The notes under the pieces are model-generated. The model saw only the letters and a list, made by a program, of their open reading frames with translations, was not told the DNA's origin and ran no database searches. From the NCBI GenBank assembly GCA_024679065.1, contig JAGIQG010000011.1, positions 71,796,001-71,860,000 of the forward strand: 64,000 bases of DNA. Reading direction: 5' to 3'. The position numbers were made by a program, and so were the translations under genes. Shown one piece after another: positions 1-12,664 of this stretch. The DNA is from Sphyrna mokarran (Eukaryota). Position 1 is the stretch's first letter. Every line of letters starts with the position of its first letter.

Positions 1-59
1 AGAATGATTGCGAATGACGTTACGTGATCTAACAGTAGAAAAGTTCTGAAATAATGAAT

Positions 60-800
60 AACAGCAATTTCTATTTCTACAGCAGCTTTAATGCAATGAC
101 ACATCCCAAGGCACTTTACAGAAATGTCATAAAGCAACATTTTACATTGAGTCACCGAAGGAGACATGTAGTAGGTTTTAAGGAGCTTCCTATAAGAGAA
201 AATAATCAGAGAGGTGGAATGGTTTAGGGACAAAATTCCAGAGTTTTGAGCCTTGGCTATTAAAGATTAAACAAATGTGGAACAATTAAATTTGGGGACA
301 CTCATGAGGCCAGAAATAGATGGCAGATGTCACAAGGAAGAGATCACAGGGATAGGCATGAGAGAGACGATCGAATGATTTGAAACCAAGGACGAGAATT
401 TTAAAATGAAGGTGCTGATTGCCAGGAGCCAATGTAAATCAGAAAGTATAAAGATGATGGGTGGACTGGACTTGGTGCAAATTAGAATATGGACAGCAGA
501 AATTTGAGGAACTCAAACTTAAGAGGGAAGATTATGGGAGGCCAGCCAAAACAGTATTAAAATAGTAAAGTCTGAAGGCAACAAGGCATGGATGAGGATT
601 TCAACTATAGGTGAGCTGAGACAAGGATGGAGTCAGACAGTGCTAGGGATGGAAACAGGCAGCTTTAGTGATAGTACTAATGTGTGATTGGAAGCTCCTG
701 TTAATGTTAAATGTGAAAATAAATTGGCGAACAGTCTCGTTGAACCTCAGACAGTTGTCAGGAAAGGAATGGAGTCAGTGATCAGAGAATGAAGTTTGCA
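60..800 (-). mobile_element. Degraded L2/CR1-type LINE 3' fragment
   Basis: Purine-rich + strand with cccaaggcactttaca tail motif and gggacaaaattccagag, ggagccaatgtaaatcag; similar tract at ~45760-46050. Confidence 0.5.
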
Positions 801-1135
801 TACTGGGAGAAAACTGGATATATCCGACACAAGGAACAATGCTGAGGGTTGCTGGAGGTTACAGATATAGCTCTAGAACATTGCTGCAGGAATTCTTCAG
901 GTCTACATCCTAGGCACTACTATCTTCAGTTGATTCATCTATGTACTTCCCTCCACTATAAGGTCAAAACTGGGATGGCTCACTGATGACTTAAGTTTCA
1001 GCTGGATGTGCAATTTGCTGAGATAATGAAGCAGTTCTTGTCCAAATGCAACAATACCAGAACTACATTCAGGCTAAGGCTAACCAGTAGCAAGTAATTC
1101 ACAAGTTCCAGGCAAAGACAATCCTGACAAGGAAA

Positions 1136-2174
1136 TTTTGTGAAGTTAAATTTATAAGGATGTATAGAATATCTGTAAAGAATGTAAAATACTAAAGTAA
1201 AAACAACAATATGTGGTCCCTTTAAAAGCTGGTTGTGTCAATGCCGAGATGTTTAAAATGCAGAGTACTCACAGACTCTGTTGCAACATTTGTTTCAGAG
1301 ACCAAAAGCATCAGATAAAAGCAAATTACTACATATACTGGAATCTGAAACCAAAAAATAAAATGCTGGAAAATCTCAGCAGATCTGGCAGCATCTGTAA
1401 GTAAAGAAAAGAGCAAAGCTTTGACAAAGGGTTATCTGGACTTGAAATGTCACCGAAAGCATCAAGATTACCTTGGTAAGGAGCTCTGTAGGTTTTTGCA
1501 TTTTGTTAGCCTAAGGGTTTAAAAAATACACTCAGCTAACAGCTATGAGTTTAAAGAAAACACTCAGATAAAAAGGAATCTATCAGCTTTGAACTTGCTA
1601 TTGTTGTCAACTTCAGGCCAATTCAAATACAGGAATGTTGATAGGTCATAAGGATTATAAAAGAGGAACTCAACTGCCTTGTTGAGTTCAACCAGAAGCA
1701 GGGCTAGACCACTGAAGTAGTTAACAGCAATTGGATCAATTGCAGCAGTTAGTTCTTAACTCTGCCGGCTTCAGATAAGTCTTAAGATAAATGACCCTCT
1801 AATGAGCAAAAGGTACAAAATCAGACAGCATTTACAGACAACATAAATCTACTGAAGAATTCAAAAACTTCCAAATCAGAGCTGATTGTATATTCTCTTC
1901 CAGAGTAACTAACTAAAATTCGGTTTTACTGTTTTGGTAATGAATGTTGCTTGTATTATTCGAATAGCATTTCAGTCGAACCATACTTCCGTTACTTCTT
2001 TAGTTAAAGTTCCTGGTTAAATAAAATACCTAGTTAATTATTCACTTAAAGTGAGTGTCAGGCCTTTATTTTAATGAATCTCTAAAATGTTAACGGTGAA
2101 CAGTTAACACCTTCCCAAATATTTTTACCAGATTACGACATGAGATAAAGTGGATTAATTTCAATTTCATAACA
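1136..2174 (+). mobile_element. Putative solo LTR with 5-bp TSD GGAAA
   Basis: GGAAA at 1131-1135 and 2175-2179; ends TTTTGTGAA...TTCATAACA (imperfect inverted termini); TATAAAA 1656-1662; AATAAA 2020-2025. Confidence 0.65.
1315..1451. mobile_element. Penelope-type terminal fragment nested in the LTR
   Basis: aaatgctggaaaatctcagcagatctggcagcatctgt motif; flanked by accaaaagcatca (1301-1313) and accgaaagcatca (1452-1464). Confidence 0.55.
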
Positions 2175-2396
2175 GGAAACCCAACAATATCCCTCTGACA
2201 TTCATTCAAGCTCACTCAGCAACAATTCATTAGCAACATCATGAGCAGCATAATTCACCAGAACTTCAACTGAAATAGCAACACAAGTGCAATAGTTACT
2301 AAAGCAGGTTATGGATTGAGCATTCGGCAACAAATGGCTCACTTCCCAACTCCTCAAATATTCCACCATCTACAAATGTACCAGGAGTGCACACGA

Positions 2397-2420
2397 ATAT
2401 ATATATATATATATATACAT
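2397..2420. repeat. (TA)n microsatellite
   Basis: atatatatat run. Confidence 0.9.
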
Positions 2421-2580
2421 ACATTCATATATCTGTCTGCTTAGGTACACAGTTACTGCAACAACATTCAAGGAATTCAACACTGTTCAGGATACAGCAG
2501 TCTATCTGATTGGCATTCTACCCATTAGCTTAACCAGCCACCTCCATCCCTAGCATACCAGAACAGCACAAGATCAAGCC

Positions 2581-4459
2581 ATTCCATTTTCTTTAATCTT
2601 TGTTGCTGAGCTTTCCTGTCCTACTGATTTCTGTAGCTACTGTCATTAATGCTGTTGGGCTTTGTCCACGTGTTTCCTTCATATCCTAGGAACAGGGATT
2701 TTACAAAGAAAAGTGGAATATGTAGTTTGTCATTTGATAGGAAATGACAGTTCCCCTTTGAAAATGAATGGCCTATGAATGACTAGTGTATACATAATCC
2801 TGCATATTACATAGAGGATAATAAATTCCTCTAAATAGCAGGATAACAACTTATTCAAATGATTAAGATGATATTCGCAACTGAGAACAAACCTTGAATG
2901 ATTTATGAACCCCATTTGGTCCCATCACTTGGAGTATTGCTCTAAATGTAATTATTTCATCCCAGTTTTGTTTGGTCCCTTTTTGAGGCGTTGACTCTTG
3001 CTGGATACAATTACAAGTTGGATATCACCCTTACTTTCTACACATATGCATTAAGAACATGCACCATCTCTTTCTGTATGCGAAGGGCAAGGCCTGTCTA
3101 TGAATAGATATGGCTTTTGGCATGCATTAATAGGCCCCAAACTGACAATAATAAATTGATTTTCAGTGTAATTCACACACAAGGCACTGTCCTTAGCAGA
3201 CAGAAAAGGCATTTTGTGCCTTTCTCACCCAATAAAAGCTGTAAGGAACAGTCATTTCAGGTTCATTGCTTAGGAAATACTTTGACCACAGTTGACCTTC
3301 CTCTTTGAATTTAAATAAAGCTGAGCAGTTAACTGTTCCATGCTGCATTCTCCATGCAATGCCCCTATCAATCAGCACTCCCTTTTCACGTGGCATACAT
3401 TGTTCTCCCCATTATAGCTGGCAATTTCTTTGCAAGCTATCCTGATGAGTACAAGACAAGTTTTGACAGCATGTCTCTTTTTCAATAATAACTATTATTG
3501 GCTGTAACAGCATACATTTTTATTCTCAGTTTCATTAAACAATTTTACAAATCTGCACTACATTTTACAGTATGTGGAAATAACAAAGCTCCACCAATGG
3601 TTTTACTGATAAGTGCACTAAAAAGAATGAAACTGAGCTGGCCAACGTAGGTTTATCGTGGCCAGAAAACCAACTCAAGAAACTTTAACTTGTAGTCCCC
3701 ATGTTTATGATAACCCCGGTCAATACATGTATTTTATAATGGCTGATTTGATCCTTGGTCTGGACTAAGCACTCTGCTGGGACAGTGGGTGATATGTAAC
3801 AACTCAACACTCCTGCACTAGGGAAGTAAGAAAAAAGGTAAGCAGCCACATTTCCAGCTTGTAATCACAATCTGATAAACCCTGCTTGCAATTGTGTGAA
3901 CGGCTGGTTCAGATTAGGACCTATCTTGGTCTTTCCACTGAAGAATAACCTATGGACACTCACTACATTTTGATCACACATGTTCTTAATGCATATGTGT
4001 AGAAAGTAAGGGTGATATCCAACTTGTAATTGTATCCAGCAAGAGTCAACGCCTCAAAAAGGGACCAAACAAAACTGGGATGAAATAATTACATTTAGAG
4101 CAATACTCCAAGTGATGGGACCAAATGGGGTTCATAAATCATTCAAGGTTTGTTCTCAGTTGCGAATATCATCTTAATCATTTGAATAAGTTGTTATCCT
4201 GCTATTTAGAGGAATTTATTATCCTCTATGTAATATGCAGGATTTTGTATACACTAGTCATTCATAGGCCATTCATTTTCAAAGGGGAACTGTCATTTCC
4301 TATCAAATGACAAACTACATATTCCACTTTTCTTTGTAAAATCCCTGTTCCTAGGATATGAAGGAAACACGTGGACAAAGCCCAACAGCATTAATGACAG
4401 TAGCTACAGAAATCAGTAGGACAGGAAAGCTCAGCAACAAAGATTAAAGAAAATGGAAT
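2581..4459. repeat. Near-perfect inverted repeat: arms 2581-3061 and 3979-4459 (481 bp), spacer 917 bp
   Basis: Arms are reverse complements without indels (paired coordinates sum to 7040); mirrored ORFs 2730..2915(-) and 4125..4310(+) differ by one residue. Confidence 0.97.
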
Positions 4460-5546
4460 AATTTTTTATACAAGTAAATAAAATACAGGCTGTAACATAA
4501 TCTTCAGGGATATGATGACTTTAGTTGTGATTTATTGAATTACTGCATTTCAGGACTAACAGATTTGTCTTTTTCTCTTTGATTCTGTACAAGTATCAGA
4601 ACATGTAGATTATTGCTCTGTAAGTTTGTACCTTCCATAGTAATGTTAAATATTGTCAAAAACACAATGTTCTCTACTGGCAGCAAGGAGTTAGACACTG
4701 ATTAGTGGTCTATGCAAGATACAAGTTACTGTACTCCAAGTAACATAAAAACAATATTCAGATTTTTCTAATTTACTCCTAGTCATTTATTTACTATATA
4801 AATGTATTGTCATAGTGAGATTTTTGTCTTCAATTATATTACAATCGAATTGTTACCTTGTAATGGATTGAACCTTCAGTGGTTATAAACTTCCTTCTCA
4901 CCTCCCAAAAGAAAAATCCTCAGCCTACTGTACAGAAAAGCAATTTGATAATTTGCTTCTGTGATCCTTTATTTTCTAAAGCCTGATTAATCTTACTGAT
5001 TTTGAGCACAGCACTAAATTGTTCATTTGGTCCCTGTCCTGTGTGCTGTATGCTCTGATGTTCTTGGGAAGGCCATACGATAACATCTTTCATAGTGGGG
5101 ACTGTTATTTTGGCCATTGAGAATGCAATAATCATTCCAGAAAACTGGAGGAAAAGACCAATTAGAATTGTCCTGATTAATGCAAGATGAAAAACTTCAA
5201 CATATCCATTTTGTAGCATTACTCAAGTTCTGTACTACTAAACAACTAATTGGAAATGTGCTTTTTGAGAATTTGTAGGAGAATGGTGACAGAAATTATT
5301 ACCCACGTAAAGAGTGGAAGATACAGTTTGCAAGGAAGAATGCTCAACTTCCCTGAATTCCCCTTCTCATCATTTTTCTTCCAGATCTCCACCAAGGCTA
5401 GTGTAATGGGAACCATAGATTGATTGATCAGTAGTTGTTTTGCAACTGAACATATTGCATGGTGTCCACTATCACAGGTTCCAGCTGAAGATTGGACCAA
5501 TACAGATATAAACGACTGACTGCCATTATGTAGTTGTAAGACTTAA

Positions 5547-5676
5547 TGGCTGGAATTTTACCAGCCCATCCACGACGGGAATTGGAGCCAGTGAGGGGCG
5601 GAGCATGGGAAGATCTGCTGACCCCAAGCAGGATTTTACAGTTTCATGGTGACTGAGGCCATAAAATCCCACCCAT
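5547..5676. mobile_element. Short non-autonomous TIR element (Harbinger-like MITE)
   Basis: ggctggaattttac...ataaaatcccaccc termini; related copies at ~47357-47485 and 63900-64000. Confidence 0.5.
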
Positions 5677-5914
5677 CATATAAATGTGCATCACCAAACC
5701 CTGGCTGCATTTTGCTGCTGCCATTTCAAGTATCATCATTTGGTTTTAGCAAAAACATTAGGAACCTACACACTCATAACATGGTTGCGAATAAAGTTAT
5801 AGATTTTATCTTTCCAAATGTGGATTGTGTCAAGAGAAAATTTTAGCTCCAGGATAAAACATGTGCAAATATCCAAAAAGGAGGTAATTGACCTTGTGCA
5901 GTCACTATGTCCCA

Positions 5915-6270
5915 TCAATGACTTAGTGAGTAGTGCTCTCCCTCTAAATCAGTAGATATTCAATTTATGTCCTATGCCAGAGTCTTCAGCACAATATCTG
6001 AACTGACATCCCAGTTCAACACCGTGAGAGTCAGTTGGATGTGATATTGAACTAAAGCAATTTCTGTTTTCTCAGATGGATGCAATAGTGTGGCCACTAT
6101 TTCAAAGAAGCATTTATCCTCATTTAACATAGCTTTTAATGAACAAAGTATTTGGTCACTGTCTCATCACTGTTTGTTGGAGCTTGCTGTTCAAAACTTT
6201 GCTGTCAAATTTCCTAAATCACAACAGTGATTATGTTGAAAAATACTTTATTTCAACTGAGCAAACTAGT
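5915..6270 (+). mobile_element. Old tRNA-derived SINE (Deu/SacSINE-like)
   Basis: Degenerate tRNA-like head; internal motifs (tgtttgttggagcttgctgt, cactatttcaaagaag) shared with 9157-9560. Confidence 0.5.
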
Positions 6271-8196
6271 GCATTGGCCTCTCCATCCAGCAGAAATGCT
6301 AACTCCTAGAGGGGGAAACTGATGAGGTGGAGAAAAGGTTTCAGCCAAAACTCTCGCAAACCTCTCTCCAATTGCCAAAGAGTCAATTGCAATTGACATT
6401 GGTTGCTGACAACATAATTACTCATACCACAGAGTGCCAGTAAGTGCAGATCCGTCACCTCTGGTGGGCAAACATAATCAAAAGAACTGTCTGCTGAAAT
6501 AAATGATTAAAGATTCATAATAAATTTTTAAAAAGAATAAACAAGTCTTGCTGCAATTGTACATGGCTTTGGTCTTCATATTTAAGAAAGGATTTATTTG
6601 CATTGGAGAGGGGCAAGGGTTATGGTAATAATGTGGGAAAGTAGAATTGAGGATTATCATACAGATCAGTCTCAATCTCATTGAAGGGAATTCACAAGTA
6701 TGCATGCATGCATATTGCCAACCAAAACCATATATTGGTTGAACTCCTCTATACCATTAAGATATCTTTATTGTTTTCTAACTTGAAAATTAAAAATTCG
6801 ACTCACAGGTTCATTATCTTCGTTCCTATGCCCTCCTGTTGTTCGTCAAGTAAACATTCTTCCTGCCCAATTTCAGACAAAGTAAATTGAGCAAGAATCA
6901 AATTGTACTTTCGTAGGATGTATGGTGTAGAAACCATTTACTTGATCTTATATTTGGCCTCTCAATACTAGTTTAGAGTGCAATGATTGTTGTTTAATTG
7001 TGGGCAAATGGAGTCATTAAGTTCAGGATTCTACGATCAACAAGAGACAAATACCTAGACAGATTTTGGTACTGCAAAAGGGAGTCATATTGGCCAAGAT
7101 ATTAGAACCTCACATTGTCAAACAGTGCTCAATGAACTTTAGAATAGGCTGGACAACCTCCAATTTGTCACTACATCTGAAAGTAGCACCCACTCATGAG
7201 AATGCACCCTAAAGTAGGTACTCAAGTACTAGAATGAGAACTTTGAATCCACAACATTCTCATTCACTGTCATGAGGTGGGAAGGTAGAGATGGAAGAAT
7301 GAAGGGATGGGAGCATAGAGATGCAGGGAGAGATGGCATAGCAAAGGAGGCCTAAAAGAATTTTGTAATTTTAATATATTATGTCTTCAAGACATGCAGA
7401 GGAAATACACACTCCAAAGAAAATAAAATAAACTGCAGATGTATAGCCTTTTTAACAGCATCATATAGGTTCAAGAAAAAAGTTTCTTGGATGGCACATA
7501 ATCAGCATTCTGTTTGAAATTATCTCCTTACTTTCAGACATTCAATGTTGTTTCGTTATTATTAATTGCATGTGAAATACACCCACCCTCATGATTATAA
7601 GGCTCTTAACTGTAGCAGACTTTCCTTTATCTTTGATCATATATTTTAAAGGTTATATTTTTATAAAATACTATGAACCATTTCATTCAGCATTACAACC
7701 CATATTCAAGCATGTAAAAACTTTCGTTCCCAAGTATTCAAACATTAGTGCGTCAATTTTTTTTAAACTTGCTTTCTTCAATGAATTTAAGACCAATAGC
7801 AGATTGTAGAAAAATACAATCTCGAATGGAAAATAAACTTCAGCAGGGACCGTGTTTTTCCAAAAAAATAAATGTAATCTCCAGTAACTCTACATGTTTC
7901 CTGACCATATTTGAAATTCTCATCTCCATCAACAAGACAACTTCCACCTGCCTCTGGTATATCTTACCTCCAATGTCCCTATTGAATTCTCCCACAGATA
8001 TTGTCATCTTGACACCTAATTTCACCAAGACCCTCCTTGTCAATCTTCAATCCTCCGCCTGAATAAAATTCAGCTGTCCATATCATGCCTCATTCACTCG
8101 TCACTCCCATCTTCAGATTCCTTACCTTCCCAACATAATGGTGGCAACTGTAACCAAACCAACTTGTAAGAAACTGATTAAAACTGTCATTTACAC

Positions 8197-8980
8197 CCTC
8201 GACAAATACGAGGTGCTGTATTTTGGTAGACTGAACCAAGTTAATGGTAGGGCGTTGGGGTGAGTTACAGAACAAAGAGATCTAGGCTTACATGTTCGTA
8301 GCTCCTTGAAAGTGAGTCATAGATGGAGAGTGGTGAAGAAAGCATTCAACGTGCCTGGTTTCATCGGTCAGTACGTTGAATACAGGAGTTGGGACATCTA
8401 ATTGAAGTCGTACAAGACATGGTAAGGCCACACTTGGAATATTGTGTGCAGTTCTGGTCACCCTATTGTAGAAAGGATATTATTAAACTAGAAAGAGTAC
8501 AGAAAAGATTTACTAGGATGCTACTGGAACTTGATGGTTTGTGTTATAAGAGGAGGCTGGATAGACTGGGGTTTTTTTTCTGTACAGCGTAGAAGGCTGA
8601 GGGGTGATCTCATAGAAGTTATAAAATAATGAGGGGCACAGATCAGCTACATAGTCAATATCTTTTCCCAAAGATAGGGGAGTCTAAAACTAGAAGGCAT
8701 AGGATTAAGGTGAGAGGGGAGATACAAAAATGTCCAGAGGGGCAATTTTTTCTATACAGATGATGCGTGTCTGGATCAAACTACCAGATGTAATAGTAGA
8801 GCCACGTACAATTATGTCTTTTAAAAAGCATTTAGATAATTACATGGATAAGATGGGTATGGAGATATATGGGCCAAACGCAGGCAACTGGGATTAGTTT
8901 AAAGAATTTAAACAAAAAGGGCAGCATCGACAAGTTAGGCCAAAGGATCTGTTTCCATGCTGTAAACCTCTATGACTCCA
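8197..8980 (+). mobile_element. CR1 LINE 3' fragment (RT C-terminus plus 3'UTR)
   Basis: VRPHLEYCVQFWSPY..KDIIKLERVQKRFTRML; gctgtaaacctctatgactc tail. Confidence 0.9.
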
Positions 8981-9156
8981 TAACAATTTTACTTTCTAAC
9001 TTAAACAGTAAAATCAAACCAGAGGAAGAAAGGTGGCTTATATCATCCCATCACTTTCTTGTGTGGTAGATTATGTTAAAATTACCAGTAGTTGAACTTC
9101 AAATCTTTCTTTAGTCTTACCTCACCCTTAAACATCCTCTTGCCTTACTTGTCTAT

Positions 9157-9560
9157 GGCTCAGTGGTAACACTTGCTTCCAGGTAAGAACATTGTGGATT
9201 CAAATCCCAATCTAGAACACATAATCTTGACCATCAGTTCAGTACAACACTGAAGAATTGCTGTGTTTTTAGAGGTGCCACCTTTTGACGGAGATGTTGC
9301 ACTGAGGATCAGTCTGCCATCTCATAAATACAGGAGATACTGTGGCATTATTCTGATGAATACAACTTCTCACTTATGTCCTAACAAATATTTAGCTTTC
9401 AACCAACATCAATAAAACAGTTTATCTGGTTTTTACCACAATGTTGCTTGTGGGATCTTGCTGTATGCAAATTGTCTGACATATTTCCTATCTTGCAATA
9501 GTGACTACATGTTGAAAGTGCAAAATTGACTTTAAAGAAATGTAGGACATCTAAGTCATG
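9157..9560 (+). mobile_element. Old tRNA-derived SINE (Deu/SacSINE-like)
   Basis: tggctcagtggtaacac A-box-like, ggattcaaatccc B-box-like, gcttgtgggatcttgctgt core. Confidence 0.6.
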
Positions 9561-11950
9561 ATATTTACCATATAAATATTTGCATCTTTCTATCCTACAT
9601 CCATCATTCCTCAATCTCTCACCATTTATGTAGCCTCTCCTCACGCTCCTACTCTGAACCTTCATTGTTAGCAGAATTTCCATGCTATTCTTACTTAAAC
9701 CCAACCATTCTGTACATTAGAATTTCTTACCTAAAGCTCTCAGATTCCCTTTCCATTTCTGAAGACCAAAATTAATCTTTTCCACCAATCTCTCCTGACT
9801 CTCACTGCATTCTTAGTTTTCTTTTGTCTATGTTTTCACTTTCCCTTTCCACTGTAAATTGAATCAGGACATTTTTCAAAGATGTTATATCATTAAGTTT
9901 TATCACCCCTCCACCCCACTCTCTGCTCTCTCATCTTCTTTCTCTTTCCTGAATTTGTTGAACTAAGATTTTATAAGGTCAAATCATTATCCTTAATCTA
10001 AGTTTATGCAGATCACAGATTGGATTGAAGCTGAAATTTATCTTGTCAGAATGGCTCAGTGGCATATCAGGCATTCGTCTCATGCCACTCCATTGCCTTC
10101 ACTCCATAGTCCTGCATACTCTTCTTCTACAGAACTTTAAATTTATATTTAAGTTACTGTTAATATAATCTCCTGCAATTGTGCACTAAGTGCAGCAGAA
10201 GAGAAAGAAAGGTTCTTTTTCAGATAATCCAATCTCTCTTGGATGCCTTGAGTCAATCAATCTCCACCACACTCTCAGGCATTCCAGATCCTTACCACTC
10301 GCTATATAAATAAGTTATTTCTCATATCACCATTGCTTCTCTAGCCAATTATCTTAAATCTTTGCTCTGTAATTCCCCATTCCTTCCATCAACAGAAACA
10401 GTCTTTGCCTAGCTACAATACCTAGATCCCTTATTATTTTAATACCTAATACTATACTGATACTGATTTTCTGTAACAGATTTTTAAGACAAAGAAATAC
10501 TTAGCTATTATATAGCATACATAAAATAAGCCATATTTTTAAATAAATTAAGCACCCATATTAGTTCCATTATTCCTTAAGAATCTTTCCTTCTCTTCCA
10601 TTGCACATAGTATGCAAGTGTAGGAAGCTATATTTACCATAATTTAAGCATAAAACTCTCATTTGGTTCCTTTGTATTAGTTCTAATGTCATCACCAAAT
10701 CTTACCTCAAAATTGTACATTAGCTATCTGCTCAATTACAATTTAATAATCTAGAATGATAAATGTATGTATTGTATAGATACATCACACAAAATGTGCT
10801 GGAAATTTCACAAATCAAAGAGTCCTAACGTAAGGCTAATCCCTATGTCATACAGAGTTTAAAAACAGATGATCAGTCATGAGATTTAGCATACTGTTTC
10901 TATCTGATGTGTTGTTACTTTAGGGAGAAAAATCAGGCATTTTAATTTAAAAGATTCAAGAGCATCATCAAAAAACCATATAACATTAAGGCAAAAAAGA
11001 ACTTCTTTCTTTCATTATCTCAGGACATTCAATAACACTTTTCACCCAGTAGAAGTATCACAGAAGTGCAATATTATTTACAGTAGAATACACTTGTAAA
11101 GAATTGATTAAAACAAGAAAACTGTGTATTTTTAAAAAAAAAGACCTAATACACTGATTACCACTTGAGAAAATGAGGCAACAGGAATATGCAGAAGGAA
11201 GCAAAAAGAACAGATTTCTGAAATCAGAGTAAGAAATAGAAGTGCCAAGTCCTGACAAAGAGGCTACATTTTAAACATTATCTCCTGTTTTCGGCACAGA
11301 TGCTTATTGATCAGCTGAGGAATTCCGGTAATTTTGTTTTGCTGCTAATACCAATGTAAATTTATTACCAGTACCAAAACTACCTTCAGTGACTTCCTTG
11401 TAGTACTCACAAAATATCACTACACTCTGTGATTCAATAAAGTTAAATTATTGGTGTAATATAGGAAAAGTATAAATTTTTCTACTGTTTACCAGTAGGC
11501 CATTTATATTTCAGTTTGCACTGAATGTAGCAGAAATTTTTCACTCTGAGGATTATAGAAACACAATCATTATAAACAACATCCATAGAAAAATATTTTG
11601 GGTTCTCATACTATTTTCCATTGAAATATTTAGTGTACAAATAATATGTGGATTATTTTAAAATGATTTAATCTTAACTCTGGTGTACAGTGGTTGAGTT
11701 AACTAAAGGGATACTCAACGTGGATAATTCTTCCAAAATGTTTTGAATGAACAACAGAAATAAAGGCAGTTAATTACAAATGTACATTTCCTTAATGAAC
11801 TTTCATGTATGACTTGTGTGTTTTTTTTCCCAAAATTTACTCTGCCAGGAACTTTACTGTAATTTGTGGGAACCAGGAGCATTTGTAATTAGTGGGAGAA
11901 TTTACAGACAAAACTTTAACTGCAATTTGAGCAGCTGAAGATTGGTTAAA

Positions 11951-12235
11951 GGGCAGCACAGTGGTTAGCACTGCTGCCTCACAGTGCCAGGGATCAGGGT
12001 TCGATTTCATCCTTGGGTCACTGTCTGTGCAGAGTCCGCATGTTCTCCCCCACCCACGTGGGTTTCTCACGGGTGCTCCACTTTCCTCCCACAATCCAGA
12101 AGACCATGTTGGTTATGCGCACCGGCAATGTTAAATTCTCCCTCAGTGTACCCGAACTGGAGCCGGAGGGTGGCAACTCGGGGATTTTCACACTAACTTC
12201 ATTGCAATGTTAATGCAGGCCTAGTTGTGACACTA
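11951..12235 (+). mobile_element. tRNA-derived SINE (HE1/V-SINE-like)
   Basis: gggcagcacagtggttagcactgctgcctcacagtgccaggga...gggttcgatt head; ttcctcccacaatcca core; copies at 32210, 37668, 50276, 58605. Confidence 0.85.
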
Positions 12236-12664
12236 ACTTCAGAACTTTCTGGTTCTGCTCATCCATCCACAGTGACATCTCCAACCAGTAAATGGGTGCA
12301 TTAGGAAGTTTTGGGAGAGCCCATCTTTTTTTTCTCTCTATATCAGACTTAGTTCGCCCAACTTTAAGGCCAAACAAACCACGAGGGGAAACTGCATGGC
12401 AAACATAATCGCAGTGCAGCAGCAGGTACTGGAAAAGGAAACAGTTTAAACCCAGTCCACTGCTCGGCTTTGCGCCTTTAAAATCCGGGCGACATCGAGG
12501 CACTTCCCTCGGCCTAAAAAAAAACACCCCACCAAGCCCCAAACGGGTTTAAATTTAAAACACAGTCCTGACTGCATCATGATAGAGATAACGAACACGG
12601 GCTATTTTGAAAGCAAGCGGCTTTAACGACTGCAGCGCGCGCTGTGCCGGCCGACCGGCCCCAC

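Larger units (their letters stand above)
830..2560 (+). mobile_element. Degraded CR1-type RT fragment split by an insertion at 1136-2174
   Basis: Similar to the better-preserved minus-strand copy at 33280-34470 (ITAGVPQGSVLGPTIFSCFINDLPS region); similarity resumes after 2175. Confidence 0.65.

Noticed and set aside
2730-4310. Twin 61-aa ORFs on opposite strands as a duplicated small gene
   Set aside because: They are a by-product of the inverted duplication; no domain, splice or codon support.
6314-6342. GAAA-CTGATGA-GGTGGA-GAAA-AGG-TTTC as an intact hammerhead
   Set aside because: No pairing for stem II or stem III; likely chance.
9715-9740. Minus-strand donor-like TAG|GTAAGA as a gtdc1 UTR exon end
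   Set aside because: Lies in an L2-like repeat motif; no convincing partner acceptor.
11951-12030. tRNA genes at SINE heads (also 32210, 37668)
   Set aside because: A/B boxes belong to tRNA-derived SINEs; no cloverleaf, and followed by SINE core and tail.
1-12600. GTDC1 coding exons
   Set aside because: No glycosyltransferase-like peptide recognised; ORFs such as 4920..5219 and 5246..5500 have no recognisable similarity.
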